The notes under the pieces: generated by a model
What the model saw: the letters and a program-made list of their open reading frames with translations, nothing else
Told to the model about the DNA's origin: nothing
Database searches by the model: none
Part shown: piece by piece, positions 18,946-29,237 of the stretch
Layout of the letters: each line of letters begins with the position of its first letter
Position numbering within the stretch: position 1 is the stretch's first letter
Position numbers and translations under genes: made by a program
NCBI RefSeq assembly: GCF_000737315.1
Contig: NZ_JMCB01000009.1
Location: forward strand, 264,373 to 328,372
Direction: 5' to 3'
Length of the DNA stretch: 64,000 bases
From: Hyalangium minutum
GTDB taxonomy: Bacteria; Myxococcota; Myxococcia; Myxococcales; Myxococcaceae

Positions 18946-19836
18946 ATGACACGGGTCCTGGTCGTCGGTGGCGTGGCGTTCAACACGATGATCCAGCTCG
19001 AGCAGTTCCCGGAGCGGCGCTCCCAGACCGTCTTCAGCCGGGGCTACCACGAGACCCTCGGAGAGACCGGGGCTGGCAAGGCGTTGAACCTTCGCAAGCT
19101 GGGCTTCGACGTCTCCCTCCATGGCCTCGTAGGTGATGACCTGTACGGCCACCGCATCGAAGAGCGGCTCCAGCAAGAGGGCATCCACTTCCTCCGCGAT
19201 CTCGATCCGCGCGGCACCGAGCGCCACGTCAACCTCATGAACGCCGAGGGCGGCCGCATCTCCATCTACATGGCCTATGCCACCTTCGAGCCCCAGCTCG
19301 ACTTGAGCCACCTCGAAGCCCTCATTCCCTCGCACGACTACGTCGTGCTCAACATCATCAACTACGCGCGCCGCCTCATCCCTGCCGTGAAGCGATCTGG
19401 CAAAGAGCTCTGGTGCGACATCCACGACTTCGATGGCCGGAATGAGTACCACCGCGACTTCATCGAAGCCGCTGACTGCATCTTCATGAGCTCCGACTCC
19501 ATGAGCGACTACCGCCCGTTCATGCAGTACCTCGTGAGCCAGGGAAAGAAGCTCGTGGTCTGCACCCACGGCCGCCACGGCTCCACCGCCCTCACCTCTG
19601 ACAACCGCTGGATCGAGACTCCCATCGTCCCCGGCTACACCGTCCGCGACACCAACGGCGCCGGCGATGCCTTCTTCGCGGGCTTCCTCTTCGGCCACTC
19701 CCGGCAATACCCCCTCAAGCAGTGCCTGCGGCTCGCCAGCATCACGGGAGCCCTGTGCGTCACCTCGGAAGAGCTGGCCTCCCCCACCCTCTCCTCTGAG
19801 TTGCTGGAGTCGGAATACCGCAAGCACTTCGGCTGA
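18946..19836 (+). CDS. PfkB family carbohydrate kinase
   Basis: GETGAGKALNL, VCTHGRHGS, and the signature DTNGAGDAFFAGF. Confidence 0.92.
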   Translation: MTRVLVVGGVAFNTMIQLEQFPERRSQTVFSRGYHETLGETGAGKALNLRKLGFDVSLHGLVGDDLYGHRIEERLQQEGIHFLRDLDPRGTERHVNLMNAEGGRISIYMAYATFEPQLDLSHLEALIPSHDYVVLNIINYARRLIPAVKRSGKELWCDIHDFDGRNEYHRDFIEAADCIFMSSDSMSDYRPFMQYLVSQGKKLVVCTHGRHGSTALTSDNRWIETPIVPGYTVRDTNGAGDAFFAGFLFGHSRQYPLKQCLRLASITGALCVTSEELASPTLSSELLESEYRKHFG

Positions 19837-19845
19837 GCCGCCCCG

Positions 19846-20643
19846 TCACTGCACCATCGCGCTCACCTCTTCGGTGAACGCGTGCTCGTCCTCCGCATGC
19901 AGCACCAGCGGTGGCAGCACCATCAGATCCGCGCGCCCGCCCTTCACCGCATTCAGCAGCACCAGCTTCGCCGGCCGGTCCGCCCGGGGATGCACCATGC
20001 GCGCCGTCTTTGGCTCCAGCCGGTGCTCTCGCAGCAGCCCCGCAAGCTCCGCGAACCGGGCCGCCGGGTACACCATGCACAGCCCTCCTCGCGGCGCCAG
20101 CAGGTACCGTGCCGCCCGCGCCACGTCAGGTAGCGCACATGCCACCTCGTGCCGCGCAATCGCCTTCTCCATCGTCACGCTGCTGCGCCCCGTGGTGCAC
20201 GCCCGGTACGGCGGGTTACACAGCACGTGGCTGAAGCTCCCCGCCGCGAAGAACTGGTCCACCTGCCGCAGGTCTCCCTGCACCAGCGTCACCTGCTCCT
20301 CGCACCGGTTCAGGTACACGTTGCGCTCGGCCAGCGAGTACAGCCGCGGCTGCAGTTCCAGCGCCGTGATGTCCTTGCGCCCCAGCCGCTTCGCCAGCAC
20401 CAGCGGAATGATTCCGCTCCCCGTCCCGAGATCCATCAGCCGCCCGCGGTGAGCACCGCCCTCGTACACCGCGAAGTGCGCCAGCAGGATGGGATCCAAC
20501 GTGAAGCGGTAGCCCCCCCGGCGCTGCAGCACTTGCACCTCGCCTCCGCAGATGGAGTCGAGCGTCTCCCCCGGCTCGGGGTGCAGCGCGAGCCGCACCT
20601 GATGGGGCCACTCCAACAGGTATCGTGAAGACGGTTGCCTCAC
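19846..20643 (-). CDS. tRNA1(Val) adenine(37)-N6-methyltransferase-like SAM-dependent methyltransferase
   Basis: GYRFTLDPILLA, MDLGTGSGII, LCNPPY, IARHE motifs. Confidence 0.85.
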   Translation of the reverse strand: MRQPSSRYLLEWPHQVRLALHPEPGETLDSICGGEVQVLQRRGGYRFTLDPILLAHFAVYEGGAHRGRLMDLGTGSGIIPLVLAKRLGRKDITALELQPRLYSLAERNVYLNRCEEQVTLVQGDLRQVDQFFAAGSFSHVLCNPPYRACTTGRSSVTMEKAIARHEVACALPDVARAARYLLAPRGGLCMVYPAARFAELAGLLREHRLEPKTARMVHPRADRPAKLVLLNAVKGGRADLMVLPPLVLHAEDEHAFTEEVSAMVQ

Positions 20644-20652
20644 CGTGAAAGA

Positions 20653-21792
20653 CTAAGCCTCGGGATCCAAGAACAGGAGGCCCGCAGGTGGCATCGGCTC
20701 CACCCGGAGCGTCAGCGAGGGCAGCGTCGCAGCCGCCTCCATCACGGCCCGCACCTCCCAGACCGGCGGAGGATTCAGGGCGAAGCCTACCTGGTAGAGC
20801 CCCGACTGGACGCCCTGCACCAGCGCCTCCAGCTCCCGCACCGGGTACACCTGTGAGTGCCCGGCGGCCTCGGGCTCCTGGATCCCCAGCACCGTGCGCA
20901 GCACCAGCGCGTTCAAGAGCGCCAGGTCCAAGCTCCGCAGCGTCGGGCTGCGCGGCGCGCCCTTCAGGTGCGCCAGGTCCAGCCCCTGCCGGAACCGAAG
21001 GATCTTCCCCCGCCCCTCCGGTAGCACCAGCAGCACCGCGTGCTGGCCGCTGATGAGCGTGGCCAGCCGCTCGCGCGCCGCAGCCAGCCCTCGAGGAGAC
21101 GTGAGCGGCTCATCGAGCTCGTAGATCCGCGCGTACGCCGCCACGAGCGTGAGGAACGTCTCCTCCTTGAACGTGTCCACGCCCTTCAAAGCCCGGTGGA
21201 TGGGCTCGAGCTGCAAGCCCGGATCCGACAAGGGCACCACTGCCGCCAGCGTGGGGTGCTGCTCATCCAGCGCCGCCAGCGGACGCAGGGGCGCCTCGTC
21301 CAGCACCGCTTGGATGCGCTTGGAGATCGCCGACGGCTCGATGCGGCGCAGCACCACCCGCGAGCCCTCGAACGCGCCCTGCCACACGACGCCGGCCCGC
21401 TCGGAGGCCTCGGCCAGCAGCCCGCGCAGCACGCCATGATCGTCCGCGGCCAGGGTGACCGCGGGCTCCACGCACCAGGAGCGAGGCCGGTAAGGATCCT
21501 GCTCCAGCGGCAGCGCGGCATCCGGCCGCAGCGAGCACAGAAGGAACCGGACCGGAGGCCCGCTCAGCCGCCCAGCAGGTCCGTGAAGCTCTACGACGTA
21601 GAGCGCGGGGCGTGGATCTCGAAGCACCGCCCCCGAAGCACGCCACCGCCCCAGCTCGGCATCAGGGTTCGGCGCCTCGAGCAGTGGCCGGACGTGTGAG
21701 GGCTTGGGAACGCCGCGAGAGGAAGGACCATCCGCTTCGAGGTGAGTACCCAGGGTCGACAGGAGAGCAGGAAATGGAAGGACTCGCGCCAT
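20653..21792 (-). CDS. DUF1015 family protein (divergent)
   Basis: MARVLPFPAL start, W..SG.VLRD.RPALYV, PIHR, LDLALL, FALNP motifs. Confidence 0.7.
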   Translation of the reverse strand: MARVLPFPALLSTLGTHLEADGPSSRGVPKPSHVRPLLEAPNPDAELGRWRASGAVLRDPRPALYVVELHGPAGRLSGPPVRFLLCSLRPDAALPLEQDPYRPRSWCVEPAVTLAADDHGVLRGLLAEASERAGVVWQGAFEGSRVVLRRIEPSAISKRIQAVLDEAPLRPLAALDEQHPTLAAVVPLSDPGLQLEPIHRALKGVDTFKEETFLTLVAAYARIYELDEPLTSPRGLAAARERLATLISGQHAVLLVLPEGRGKILRFRQGLDLAHLKGAPRSPTLRSLDLALLNALVLRTVLGIQEPEAAGHSQVYPVRELEALVQGVQSGLYQVGFALNPPPVWEVRAVMEAAATLPSLTLRVEPMPPAGLLFLDPEA

Positions 21793-21862
21793 GCAGGAAG
21801 AAGGTGGGGCTGCTTCCTCTTCCCTGCCACGGCGTCTGCCCGGCTGCTCCCCTGCCGTGCGG

Positions 21863-23113
21863 CTACCAGAGCCCCTTGTAGGGCCTCTTCGACTTGTAGC
21901 CGCCTGAGCCTGGGGGAGACGCGGTGCGATCCACGCTCTCGTCCCACAGCAAGCTCACAGTGGCGATGGCGCCCGCCGAGCCCAAGAAGGACAACACGTA
22001 GGGCGTGGGCTGATTGAAGCCGCCCAGTGCCACGCCCGACACGAGCAGCACGAAGGCGCCGACGCCCGCTCCAAAAATGTCCGCTCGGAGGATCTGTCCG
22101 GAGCTTGGGTTGTAGCGCGTAGAGGCGATGGCCAGCGCTCCCGCCCCAATGCCCGGGGCGATCAAGAGCGTGTCCGCCCAGGTCTTCCCGCGGATGCCTT
22201 GATTCTCCGAGAAGTGGATGATGGCCAGCAACAGCGTGCTGTAGACCAGTCCCCACGCAGCGCCCGAGGAAATGAGCAACCCCTGGTTGAGCGGCAGCTG
22301 CCCACCGCCGATGACGGCGGTGAGCCACGAGGCCAGCTCCGCGCCCGCGAAGGCGGACCAGGACAGCGCGTAGCGGTCATTCGTGAACAGGTCCATGAAG
22401 CCGCCCAGGAACATGCCTCCGACGGCGGCGTTGGCGATGCTGAAGTAGCCCAGCGGCCGATCCACCCAGTGGTTGAACTGCCACCACGCGGACGCGCCGA
22501 AGCCCAGGCCCGCGCCAATCAAGGTGCCCGCGAGCATCGCCTCACGCGAGTCACGGTCGATCTTGAAGTCCTGCGCGAAGCCCTGCGTGAAGAAGCCACC
22601 CATGGCTCCCAACAGCGAGTGCTGAAGCACGAAGGTCAGACTGCCCGGGCCGGACAGGAACGGCCCCTGCCGAGGCCGTCCATCCAGCAGCACGCCACTC
22701 GCCGCGGGAGGAGGCGGCAGCGTCGGGGTGGCCTGAGGTGACAGGCCCGACTCGGTGAGCGGAGGGTTGGGCCGGGTCCGCAGCGAGTCCGGATTGGGAG
22801 GCGTCAACGGCGCATCGCTCGGCGGAGCGGGTGAAACCGCGCCCGTTCCTTGCGAATCCGGCGAGGCCGGGATCGTCGTGGTGGGTGCGGGCTGCGGTTG
22901 TGTCCATGAGTCCGCCGGAGGCGGCATGGCCTGCTGCGGCTCCGTGGGGGTGGGCTGCGCGGGTGGCTGCTGAAAGCCCGGGGACGGCTGGAAGGAGGGC
23001 GCAGGCGGCGGGGGTGGGTATTGGGACTGTTGCGCCCAGGTGACCCCAGGCAGCAGGAGAGCGGCGATGGCGACGGTGAGACAGCTCCAGGTTCTCAGGT
23101 GTGACACAAGCAC
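21863..23113 (-). CDS. hypothetical membrane protein with Pro/Gln-rich N-terminal region
   Basis: Signal peptide (VTWA), about 110 aa Pro-rich linker, several Gly-rich hydrophobic helices. Confidence 0.75.
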   Translation of the reverse strand: MLVSHLRTWSCLTVAIAALLLPGVTWAQQSQYPPPPPAPSFQPSPGFQQPPAQPTPTEPQQAMPPPADSWTQPQPAPTTTIPASPDSQGTGAVSPAPPSDAPLTPPNPDSLRTRPNPPLTESGLSPQATPTLPPPPAASGVLLDGRPRQGPFLSGPGSLTFVLQHSLLGAMGGFFTQGFAQDFKIDRDSREAMLAGTLIGAGLGFGASAWWQFNHWVDRPLGYFSIANAAVGGMFLGGFMDLFTNDRYALSWSAFAGAELASWLTAVIGGGQLPLNQGLLISSGAAWGLVYSTLLLAIIHFSENQGIRGKTWADTLLIAPGIGAGALAIASTRYNPSSGQILRADIFGAGVGAFVLLVSGVALGGFNQPTPYVLSFLGSAGAIATVSLLWDESVDRTASPPGSGGYKSKRPYKGLW

Positions 23114-23191
23114 TCCTCAAGCTCCGGCCACGTGACGACTTAGATAAAACCCAACCGCGCCGCGCTTGCACCGGTTTTTCACGCGGACCCC

Positions 23192-24397
23192 TCAGGCCCG
23201 CAGCTCGACCAGGTCCACGAAGATGATCTCCTCGGCGCGCGCGCGGATGCGCTCCAACATCTCCTCGGGTGGCTTGGAGTCGAGCTGGATCTTGCAGCAC
23301 GCCGCCTGGGCGCCCTCGAAGATCGTGTTCTCGATCTCCTGCGCGTTGATGCCCGCCTGGCGCACGGCGTCCAGCACGTTGGCCAGCACGCCCACCCGAT
23401 CGTGGTGACGCACGATGAGCTGGTACCGCGCTGGCGTCTTCTCCGCGATGTTCACGCAGTTGGGCACCACGCCCTCATTGAGGAACCGATCCACCAGCCG
23501 CACCGTCTCTCGGGCGATCGCGTCTTGCGCCTGCTCCGTGGAGGCGCCGATGTGGTGCGTGCCGTAGACGTGGGGCAGCTTGCCCAGCTCGCTGTGGAAG
23601 GAGGCCTCGCCGCCCTTGGGCTCGTCGGGGAACACGTCCGTGGCCACGGAGATGCGGCCTCGCCGGGCCTCCTCCAGCAGCGCTTCGTTGTCCACCACGT
23701 CCGCGCGGCTCGTGTTGATGAAGACCGCGCCGTCCGGGAGCGCCGCCAGCACTTGCCGCGACACCAGGCCCTTCGTCTCGGACGAGGCAGGCACGTGCAC
23801 GGTGAGCACCTCGCTCTGCCGCGCCAGGGCCAGCAGGCTCTCGGCGCGCTCGATGCCCAGCGCCTTGGCCCGCTCGGCGGACAGCGAGCGCGAGTACCCC
23901 ACCACCCTCATGCCAAAGGCCAGCGCCCGCTCCGCCACCGCCGCGCCAATGGCGCCCAGGCCCACAATCCCCACTGTTCGCCCATAGAGCCCTCGGGCCT
24001 GGGAGAAGCGCTTCTTGTTCCAAGCACCCTGGCGCAGCGCCGCCACGTTGTCCGGGATGTGGCGATCCACCGCCAGCATCAGCCCGAACGTCAGCTCCGC
24101 CACAGCGATGGCGTTCTGCCCAGGGCAGTTGGCCACGAAGACACCGTGGGCGCTGGCCGCCTTCACATCGATGGTGTTCACCCCCGCTCCGGCGCGGATG
24201 ACGAGGGACAGGCCCTTGGCCACCTCGAACACCTTGGCGGGCACCTCCGTGCTGCGCACCACGAGGATGGAGACATCCTTGGCGGCCTCCGCCAGCGCAT
24301 CCCCCTTGAGGCCGGGGCGGAAATCGACCGTCAGCCCCAGCCCCCGCAGGGACTCCAGGTGGACCTTGGGAAACTCGTCAGCGACCAGGACGCGCAT
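23192..24397 (-). CDS. serA: D-3-phosphoglycerate dehydrogenase-like D-2-hydroxyacid dehydrogenase with C-terminal ACT domain
   Basis: RAGAGVNTID, GIVGLGAIG, FINTSRA, DVFPDEP, HHIGASTEQAQ, ACT motif HHDRVGVLA. RBS GGAGG. Confidence 0.82.
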   Translation of the reverse strand: MRVLVADEFPKVHLESLRGLGLTVDFRPGLKGDALAEAAKDVSILVVRSTEVPAKVFEVAKGLSLVIRAGAGVNTIDVKAASAHGVFVANCPGQNAIAVAELTFGLMLAVDRHIPDNVAALRQGAWNKKRFSQARGLYGRTVGIVGLGAIGAAVAERALAFGMRVVGYSRSLSAERAKALGIERAESLLALARQSEVLTVHVPASSETKGLVSRQVLAALPDGAVFINTSRADVVDNEALLEEARRGRISVATDVFPDEPKGGEASFHSELGKLPHVYGTHHIGASTEQAQDAIARETVRLVDRFLNEGVVPNCVNIAEKTPARYQLIVRHHDRVGVLANVLDAVRQAGINAQEIENTIFEGAQAACCKIQLDSKPPEEMLERIRARAEEIIFVDLVELRA

Positions 24398-24569
24398 CGA
24401 GATACCTCCGGTGGGGTTCCAGCGGGCCAAGCTAGCCCACTCCCCAGGTCGGGCCGCCTCGAATTCTTCCCCCCCTTTCCCTGGGACGTTCAGAGGCTCG
24501 CACTCCGAGGACTCGACGCGGTGCCATGTGCCGCGACGCGTAGGGCGCTCGCGCATCTACCTGCACACT

Positions 24570-26033
24570 ATGCCTCTTGGCTTCTCCTGGTCCGAGCTGG
24601 GCGTCGACTCCGCCCGAGTCCTCGTCATCAACGACGAGCCCCTCCCCTCCCGTCGCGAGTTCGTTCTCTATTGGTGCATGGTGAACCATCGCGCCGAGGA
24701 GAACCCCGCGCTGGACGCCGCCATTGCCCTGGGCAACCACCTCAAGCTGCCCGTCGCCGTCTACCAGGCGCTGCGGCCTGACTACCCCCACGCCTCAGAC
24801 CGGCTCCACGCTTTCGCCCTCGAGGGCATGGCGGAGCTGCCCGCCGCTTATGCCGCCCAAGGCATTCCCTACTGGCTCGAGCTGCCCCGCAGTCCCCGGG
24901 AGCACAAGCCCCGGATCGCCGAGCTGGGCCGCAGGGCCGCGGCCATCGTCTCGGACCTCTTCCCCGCCTTCATCATCCCCGGACACCTGCGCGGCGCGGC
25001 CAAGAAGCTGGATGTGCCGCTGTTCGCGGTGGACGGCTCGTGCGTGGTCCCCATGCAGCGCATCACCGAGCCCCAGATTGGCGCGTACACCTTGCGTCCC
25101 AAGCTGCGGAAGCTCTGGCCGGAGTACCTCGGCAAGTCCCTGGCGCCGCGTCCGCTGAAGGCCACCGCCGCCGCGAAGAAGCTCTCCCCGGGCTTCGCCC
25201 TCTCGGACGCCAAGGCCCTGCGCAAGGCGCTCGATACGTTCGCGATTGACCACTCCGTCCCCCCCATCACCGGGGTCCACGGAGGACGCAAGGCGGCCCT
25301 GGCCACGCTGAAGTCCTTCATCGACACGCGCCTGAAGGGCTACGAGACCGAGCGCAATGATCCGGGCAAGGATCAGCAATCCGGCCTGTCTCCGTACTTC
25401 CACTGGGGCCAGCTCTTCCCGGGCGAGGCCGCGCGCGCCGTGCTCGAGGCCGGAGGCGAGAAAGACCCCGCCGTGCAGTCCTTCCTGGAGGAGCTGCTCG
25501 TCCGCCGCGAGCTGGCCTTCAATTACTGCCTGCACACGCCCGTGCCCCGCCAGCTCTCCGTGGACTCCCTGCCCCGCTGGGCGCGCGAGTCCCTCGACAC
25601 GCACCGCCAGGACAAGCGCGAGCACCTCTACACCCTGGAGGAGCTGGACGCGGCACGCACGGGAGATGGCCTGTGGAACGCCTCCCAGCGCGAGCTGCGC
25701 GAGCGCGGCCGCATCCACAACTACCTGCGCATGCTCTGGGGCAAGAAGCTGCTGGAGTGGAGCCCCACACCCCAGGAGGCGCTCCAGCGCATGGCGCACC
25801 TGAACGATCGCTATGCCCTGGACGGCAGAGACCCGGCCAGCGTGGCCAACTTCATGTGGGTCCTCGGCCTGCACGACCGGCCCTTCCAGGAGCGAAAGGT
25901 GCTGGGCAAGGTGCGGCCCATGAGCTCGCTGCGCACGGCCGAGAAGTTCGACTTGGGGCCCTACCTGGCGAAGTGGAGCCGGCAGGGAGACCCGCCCGTG
26001 AAGCTGCCCCGCCGCCGGACTGCCAGGAAGTAG
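24570..26033 (+). CDS. phr: class II CPD photolyase (deoxyribodipyrimidine photo-lyase)
   Basis: YWCM..HRAEENPAL, SGLSPYFHWGQ, FLEELLVRRELAFNYC, HNYLRMLWGKKLLEW, DGRDP, RPM. Confidence 0.92.
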   Translation: MPLGFSWSELGVDSARVLVINDEPLPSRREFVLYWCMVNHRAEENPALDAAIALGNHLKLPVAVYQALRPDYPHASDRLHAFALEGMAELPAAYAAQGIPYWLELPRSPREHKPRIAELGRRAAAIVSDLFPAFIIPGHLRGAAKKLDVPLFAVDGSCVVPMQRITEPQIGAYTLRPKLRKLWPEYLGKSLAPRPLKATAAAKKLSPGFALSDAKALRKALDTFAIDHSVPPITGVHGGRKAALATLKSFIDTRLKGYETERNDPGKDQQSGLSPYFHWGQLFPGEAARAVLEAGGEKDPAVQSFLEELLVRRELAFNYCLHTPVPRQLSVDSLPRWARESLDTHRQDKREHLYTLEELDAARTGDGLWNASQRELRERGRIHNYLRMLWGKKLLEWSPTPQEALQRMAHLNDRYALDGRDPASVANFMWVLGLHDRPFQERKVLGKVRPMSSLRTAEKFDLGPYLAKWSRQGDPPVKLPRRRTARK

Positions 26034-26139
26034 CGGTGCTGTTGACTTCCACGCTCCCGGACACCATTCGGAAGTTCCCTTCCGGCGCGGCCGACACTAA
26101 ACAATCCGCCAGACAGGACACCGCCGTCAGGAGCCATAT

Positions 26140-26463
26140 ATGGGCACGATGAAGTTCGAGGTCCCCCACAGCCTGCCGAAGGACGAGGCGAAGAAGCGCG
26201 TCGAGCAGCTGCTGCACTACTGGGGCAGCAAGTACGGCGTGAAGGCGGACTGGGCCGGCGATGGGGCGAAGCTCAACGGCAAGGTGATGGGCATCAACCT
26301 GGATGCCAGCTTCGTCATCACCGAGAAGGCCGTGTCGGGAGAGGGCACGGACCCCGGCATGCTGCTGCGAGGCCAGGCCAAGGCCTACCTGCAGAAGAAG
26401 TTCGCCGCGGTGCTCGATCCGAGCAAGAGCGTGGCCGACATCAAGAGCACGATGGACAGCTAG
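26140..26463 (+). CDS. polyhydroxyalkanoic acid system family protein
   Basis: [16 protein letters not shown] pattern, about 100 aa, RBS AGGAG. Confidence 0.7.
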   Translation: MGTMKFEVPHSLPKDEAKKRVEQLLHYWGSKYGVKADWAGDGAKLNGKVMGINLDASFVITEKAVSGEGTDPGMLLRGQAKAYLQKKFAAVLDPSKSVADIKSTMDS

Positions 26464-28217
26464 TGTCCTTCGTCCTCCAGCGCTGTCAGCGCGTAGCGCG
26501 CCACCCGGGCAATGGCCTCCGGTGAGTCCGGCATGTCCGGGTAGTGGCCCGCCAGAGGCCGCTGGGGGAAGCGCAGTTGCGCGATGGCGTTGCGGTAGCT
26601 GCGCCGGGCGCCATCGCGATCCTGGGTGCGCTCCTGCACCTGGGCCAGCAGGTAGTGGCCAATGGCCAGCGTGGGCTCCAGGAAGAGGGCCTTGCTGAAC
26701 TCGGAGCGCGCCTCGGCCAACTGCCCGGCCTGGAGCGCCGCCACGCCTCCGAAGACCCGGGCCTCCACGCACAGAGGCTCGCGGGCGAGCGCTTGCGCGA
26801 AGGCCTCGCGCGCCTCGACGATGTGGCCGGTGAGTGAGTACAGGTTGCCCAGCGTCAACAGCCCGTCCAGGTGGCCCGGCTCATCCACCAGCAGCTTCTC
26901 CACGTCCTTGATGGCGGTGGTGAAGTCGCTCTGCATCATCTTCCGCACGGCCTGATTCAGGCGCTCGGCGGGCGGCAGCCTCTTGGCGCCTCCAGGCACT
27001 TCGGTGGCGCGCAGCACCCGGGGCTCGGGAGAGCCCACCGCGGGCATCTCCAGCGTGAGGCGCGCGGGCCGCACCGGCTCGGGCGTGTTCCGCATCTCCG
27101 GGTGAGGGTTCAGCTTGGCGTTGGCGGCCAGGCGTTCGCGAATGGTGGTCAGCGGATCGTGGGTGACCGCCGCGGGCTTCACCGGGCTCAGCGTGTCCGT
27201 ACCGGCCGACGGGGTCTTCGAGAACGCGATGGGGGCCGGAGTCTCCATCCCCCGGGGCTTCGAGGGGAGCCCGGTGCTCGGAATGGGCGCGGGAGTGGTC
27301 AGCGGCGCGGCCGTGGTGCCAGCCGTGGGCACGGGCGCGGGCGTCAGCGACAGGGGCTGCAGCGTCATCCGGCTGCCCTTCTGCTCCATCAGGGGCCGCC
27401 GGTAGACGAACGCGCCATCCACCTCGATCATCTCGAAGCGGTCGTACACCTTGAAGAGGCTCTCCGAGTACCCCAGGAAGAGCAGCCCGCCCGGGCGCAG
27501 CGCTTGGAGGAACCGATCCATCAGCCCGCGGATGGTGGGCAGATCGAAGTAGATGATGACGTTGCGGCAGAGGATCAGATCCAGCGAGCCGGGCGCCACC
27601 ATGTCCGTGAAGGACGGCGCCGCGAGGTTCAGACCGTCGAAGCGGATGTACTCCTTGATGTTCGGCTGGATCTCGAGCCCTTCCTCCATGGGCCGGAAGA
27701 AGCGCTCGAGCCGCTCTGCGGACATGTTGCCCGCGCGCCGCACGGAGAAGCGCCCCACCTTCGCGGCCTCCACGGCGGCCAGGTTCAGATCCGTGGCCCA
27801 GATGTCCACCTCGCCGGGCAGCGCGCCCAGCTCCGCCATCACCATGGCCATGCTGTAGGGCTCCTCGCCCGTAGCGCACCCGGCGGACCAGATGTAGACC
27901 TTGCGCACCTCACGCCGGGCCTTGGCCAGCAGCTGAGGGAGGATGAAGCGCTCCAGCGCGCGGAACTGCTTGGGATCGCGGAAGAACTCCGTGTGCCCCA
28001 CTGTCACCAGCGGCAGCAGTGCGCGCAGTTCCTGCTCGCCGCCCACTTCCCGCAGCCGCTGCACGTAGAGTTCAGGGTCCGTGAGGCCCACGGCGGGCAT
28101 GCGCGTGGACAGCGCCAGCCGGAGGCTGTGGAAACCATCCGGAGTGATCTTCAGTCCGGCCCGCTCCAACAGAAGGGCGGAGAGCTGCTGTAGGGCCTTC
28201 TGGCTCACGTTCAGCAA
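26460..28217 (-). CDS. frzF: CheR-type methyltransferase with TPR repeats (FrzF)
   Basis: [37 protein letters not shown]-terminal TPRs. TTG start overlaps the frzG stop. Confidence 0.93.
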   Translation of the reverse strand: MLNVSQKALQQLSALLLERAGLKITPDGFHSLRLALSTRMPAVGLTDPELYVQRLREVGGEQELRALLPLVTVGHTEFFRDPKQFRALERFILPQLLAKARREVRKVYIWSAGCATGEEPYSMAMVMAELGALPGEVDIWATDLNLAAVEAAKVGRFSVRRAGNMSAERLERFFRPMEEGLEIQPNIKEYIRFDGLNLAAPSFTDMVAPGSLDLILCRNVIIYFDLPTIRGLMDRFLQALRPGGLLFLGYSESLFKVYDRFEMIEVDGAFVYRRPLMEQKGSRMTLQPLSLTPAPVPTAGTTAAPLTTPAPIPSTGLPSKPRGMETPAPIAFSKTPSAGTDTLSPVKPAAVTHDPLTTIRERLAANAKLNPHPEMRNTPEPVRPARLTLEMPAVGSPEPRVLRATEVPGGAKRLPPAERLNQAVRKMMQSDFTTAIKDVEKLLVDEPGHLDGLLTLGNLYSLTGHIVEAREAFAQALAREPLCVEARVFGGVAALQAGQLAEARSEFSKALFLEPTLAIGHYLLAQVQERTQDRDGARRSYRNAIAQLRFPQRPLAGHYPDMPDSPEAIARVARYALTALEDEGH

Positions 28218-29221
28218 GTCTCCACCCAATCAACGAGGGTCGGCGCAATCCGGTCCAGCGGAAGGATCTCCTCGGCGGCACCCATCTGCACCGCCTCGCG
28301 AGGCATCCCATACACAGCACACGTCTCCGCGTTCTGCGCGATGGTCCTCCCCCCTCGATCGCGGATCTCTTTCAAACCTCGCGCCCCATCGCGCCCCATG
28401 CCCGTGAGGATGACGCCGATGCACCGGCGCCCGAAGGACTCCGCCGCCGAGGATAGCAGCAGATCGCACGAAGGCCGGAAGCCTCGTACCGGGGGTCGGG
28501 TGTCCAGTACCAGCTTTCCATCCGGGCGCACCAGCAGGTGGCCCCCCGACGGCGCGATGTACACGGCCCCCTTCTCCATCATCTGCTCGTGGGTCGCCTC
28601 CAGCACCTTCAGTGGAGTCTCCGTGGACAGCCAGTGCGCCAACCCCTCGGTGAAGCCATCACTGATGTGCTGGCAGATCGCCACCGGCGCCGGGAAGTTC
28701 CGGGGCATCATCCGCAAGATCTGGGAGATCGCCTTGGGCCCGCCCAGCGAGGCGGCAATGGCCACCAGCGGGAACGGCACCTCGGGTCCCTCGTGGGCGG
28801 CCAGCCGCTTGAGCTTGCCCTGGACGTGACGCACCACGCGGACCTGCGCCAGCACCGTCAGCCGGCGCGCCATGGCGTGCCAGTACTCGGGGCCGGGCGA
28901 GGCGGGACGCTCGGCCACATCCAGCGCCCCGAGCGCCAGGGCCCGGAAGGCCTCCTCGCGCGACAGCATGCCCGGATCCAGTGCGAGGATGGGCGTGGGC
29001 CGCTCCGCCATGATGCGCTCGATGGCGTCCAGCGCGTCCACCGACGTGAGATCGATGAGCAGCACGTCCGGGATCTGCTCCCGGACGGTGCTCAGGGCCT
29101 CACTGAAGCCGCACTCGCCGGCGCTCGACAGCGCGTCGCTGTCGAAGAGCGTGCGCGACATGATGCGGAGGCCCCCGCCCACGAGCAGCACCCGGTATGC
29201 GAGCCCTGGAGCATTGCGCAC
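28211..29221 (-). CDS. frzG: CheB-type methylesterase (FrzG)
   Basis: [46 protein letters not shown]. Confidence 0.93.
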   Translation of the reverse strand: MRNAPGLAYRVLLVGGGLRIMSRTLFDSDALSSAGECGFSEALSTVREQIPDVLLIDLTSVDALDAIERIMAERPTPILALDPGMLSREEAFRALALGALDVAERPASPGPEYWHAMARRLTVLAQVRVVRHVQGKLKRLAAHEGPEVPFPLVAIAASLGGPKAISQILRMMPRNFPAPVAICQHISDGFTEGLAHWLSTETPLKVLEATHEQMMEKGAVYIAPSGGHLLVRPDGKLVLDTRPPVRGFRPSCDLLLSSAAESFGRRCIGVILTGMGRDGARGLKEIRDRGGRTIAQNAETCAVYGMPREAVQMGAAEEILPLDRIAPTLVDWVETC

Positions 29222-29237
29222 GCGGTCCCCTAGCCTC

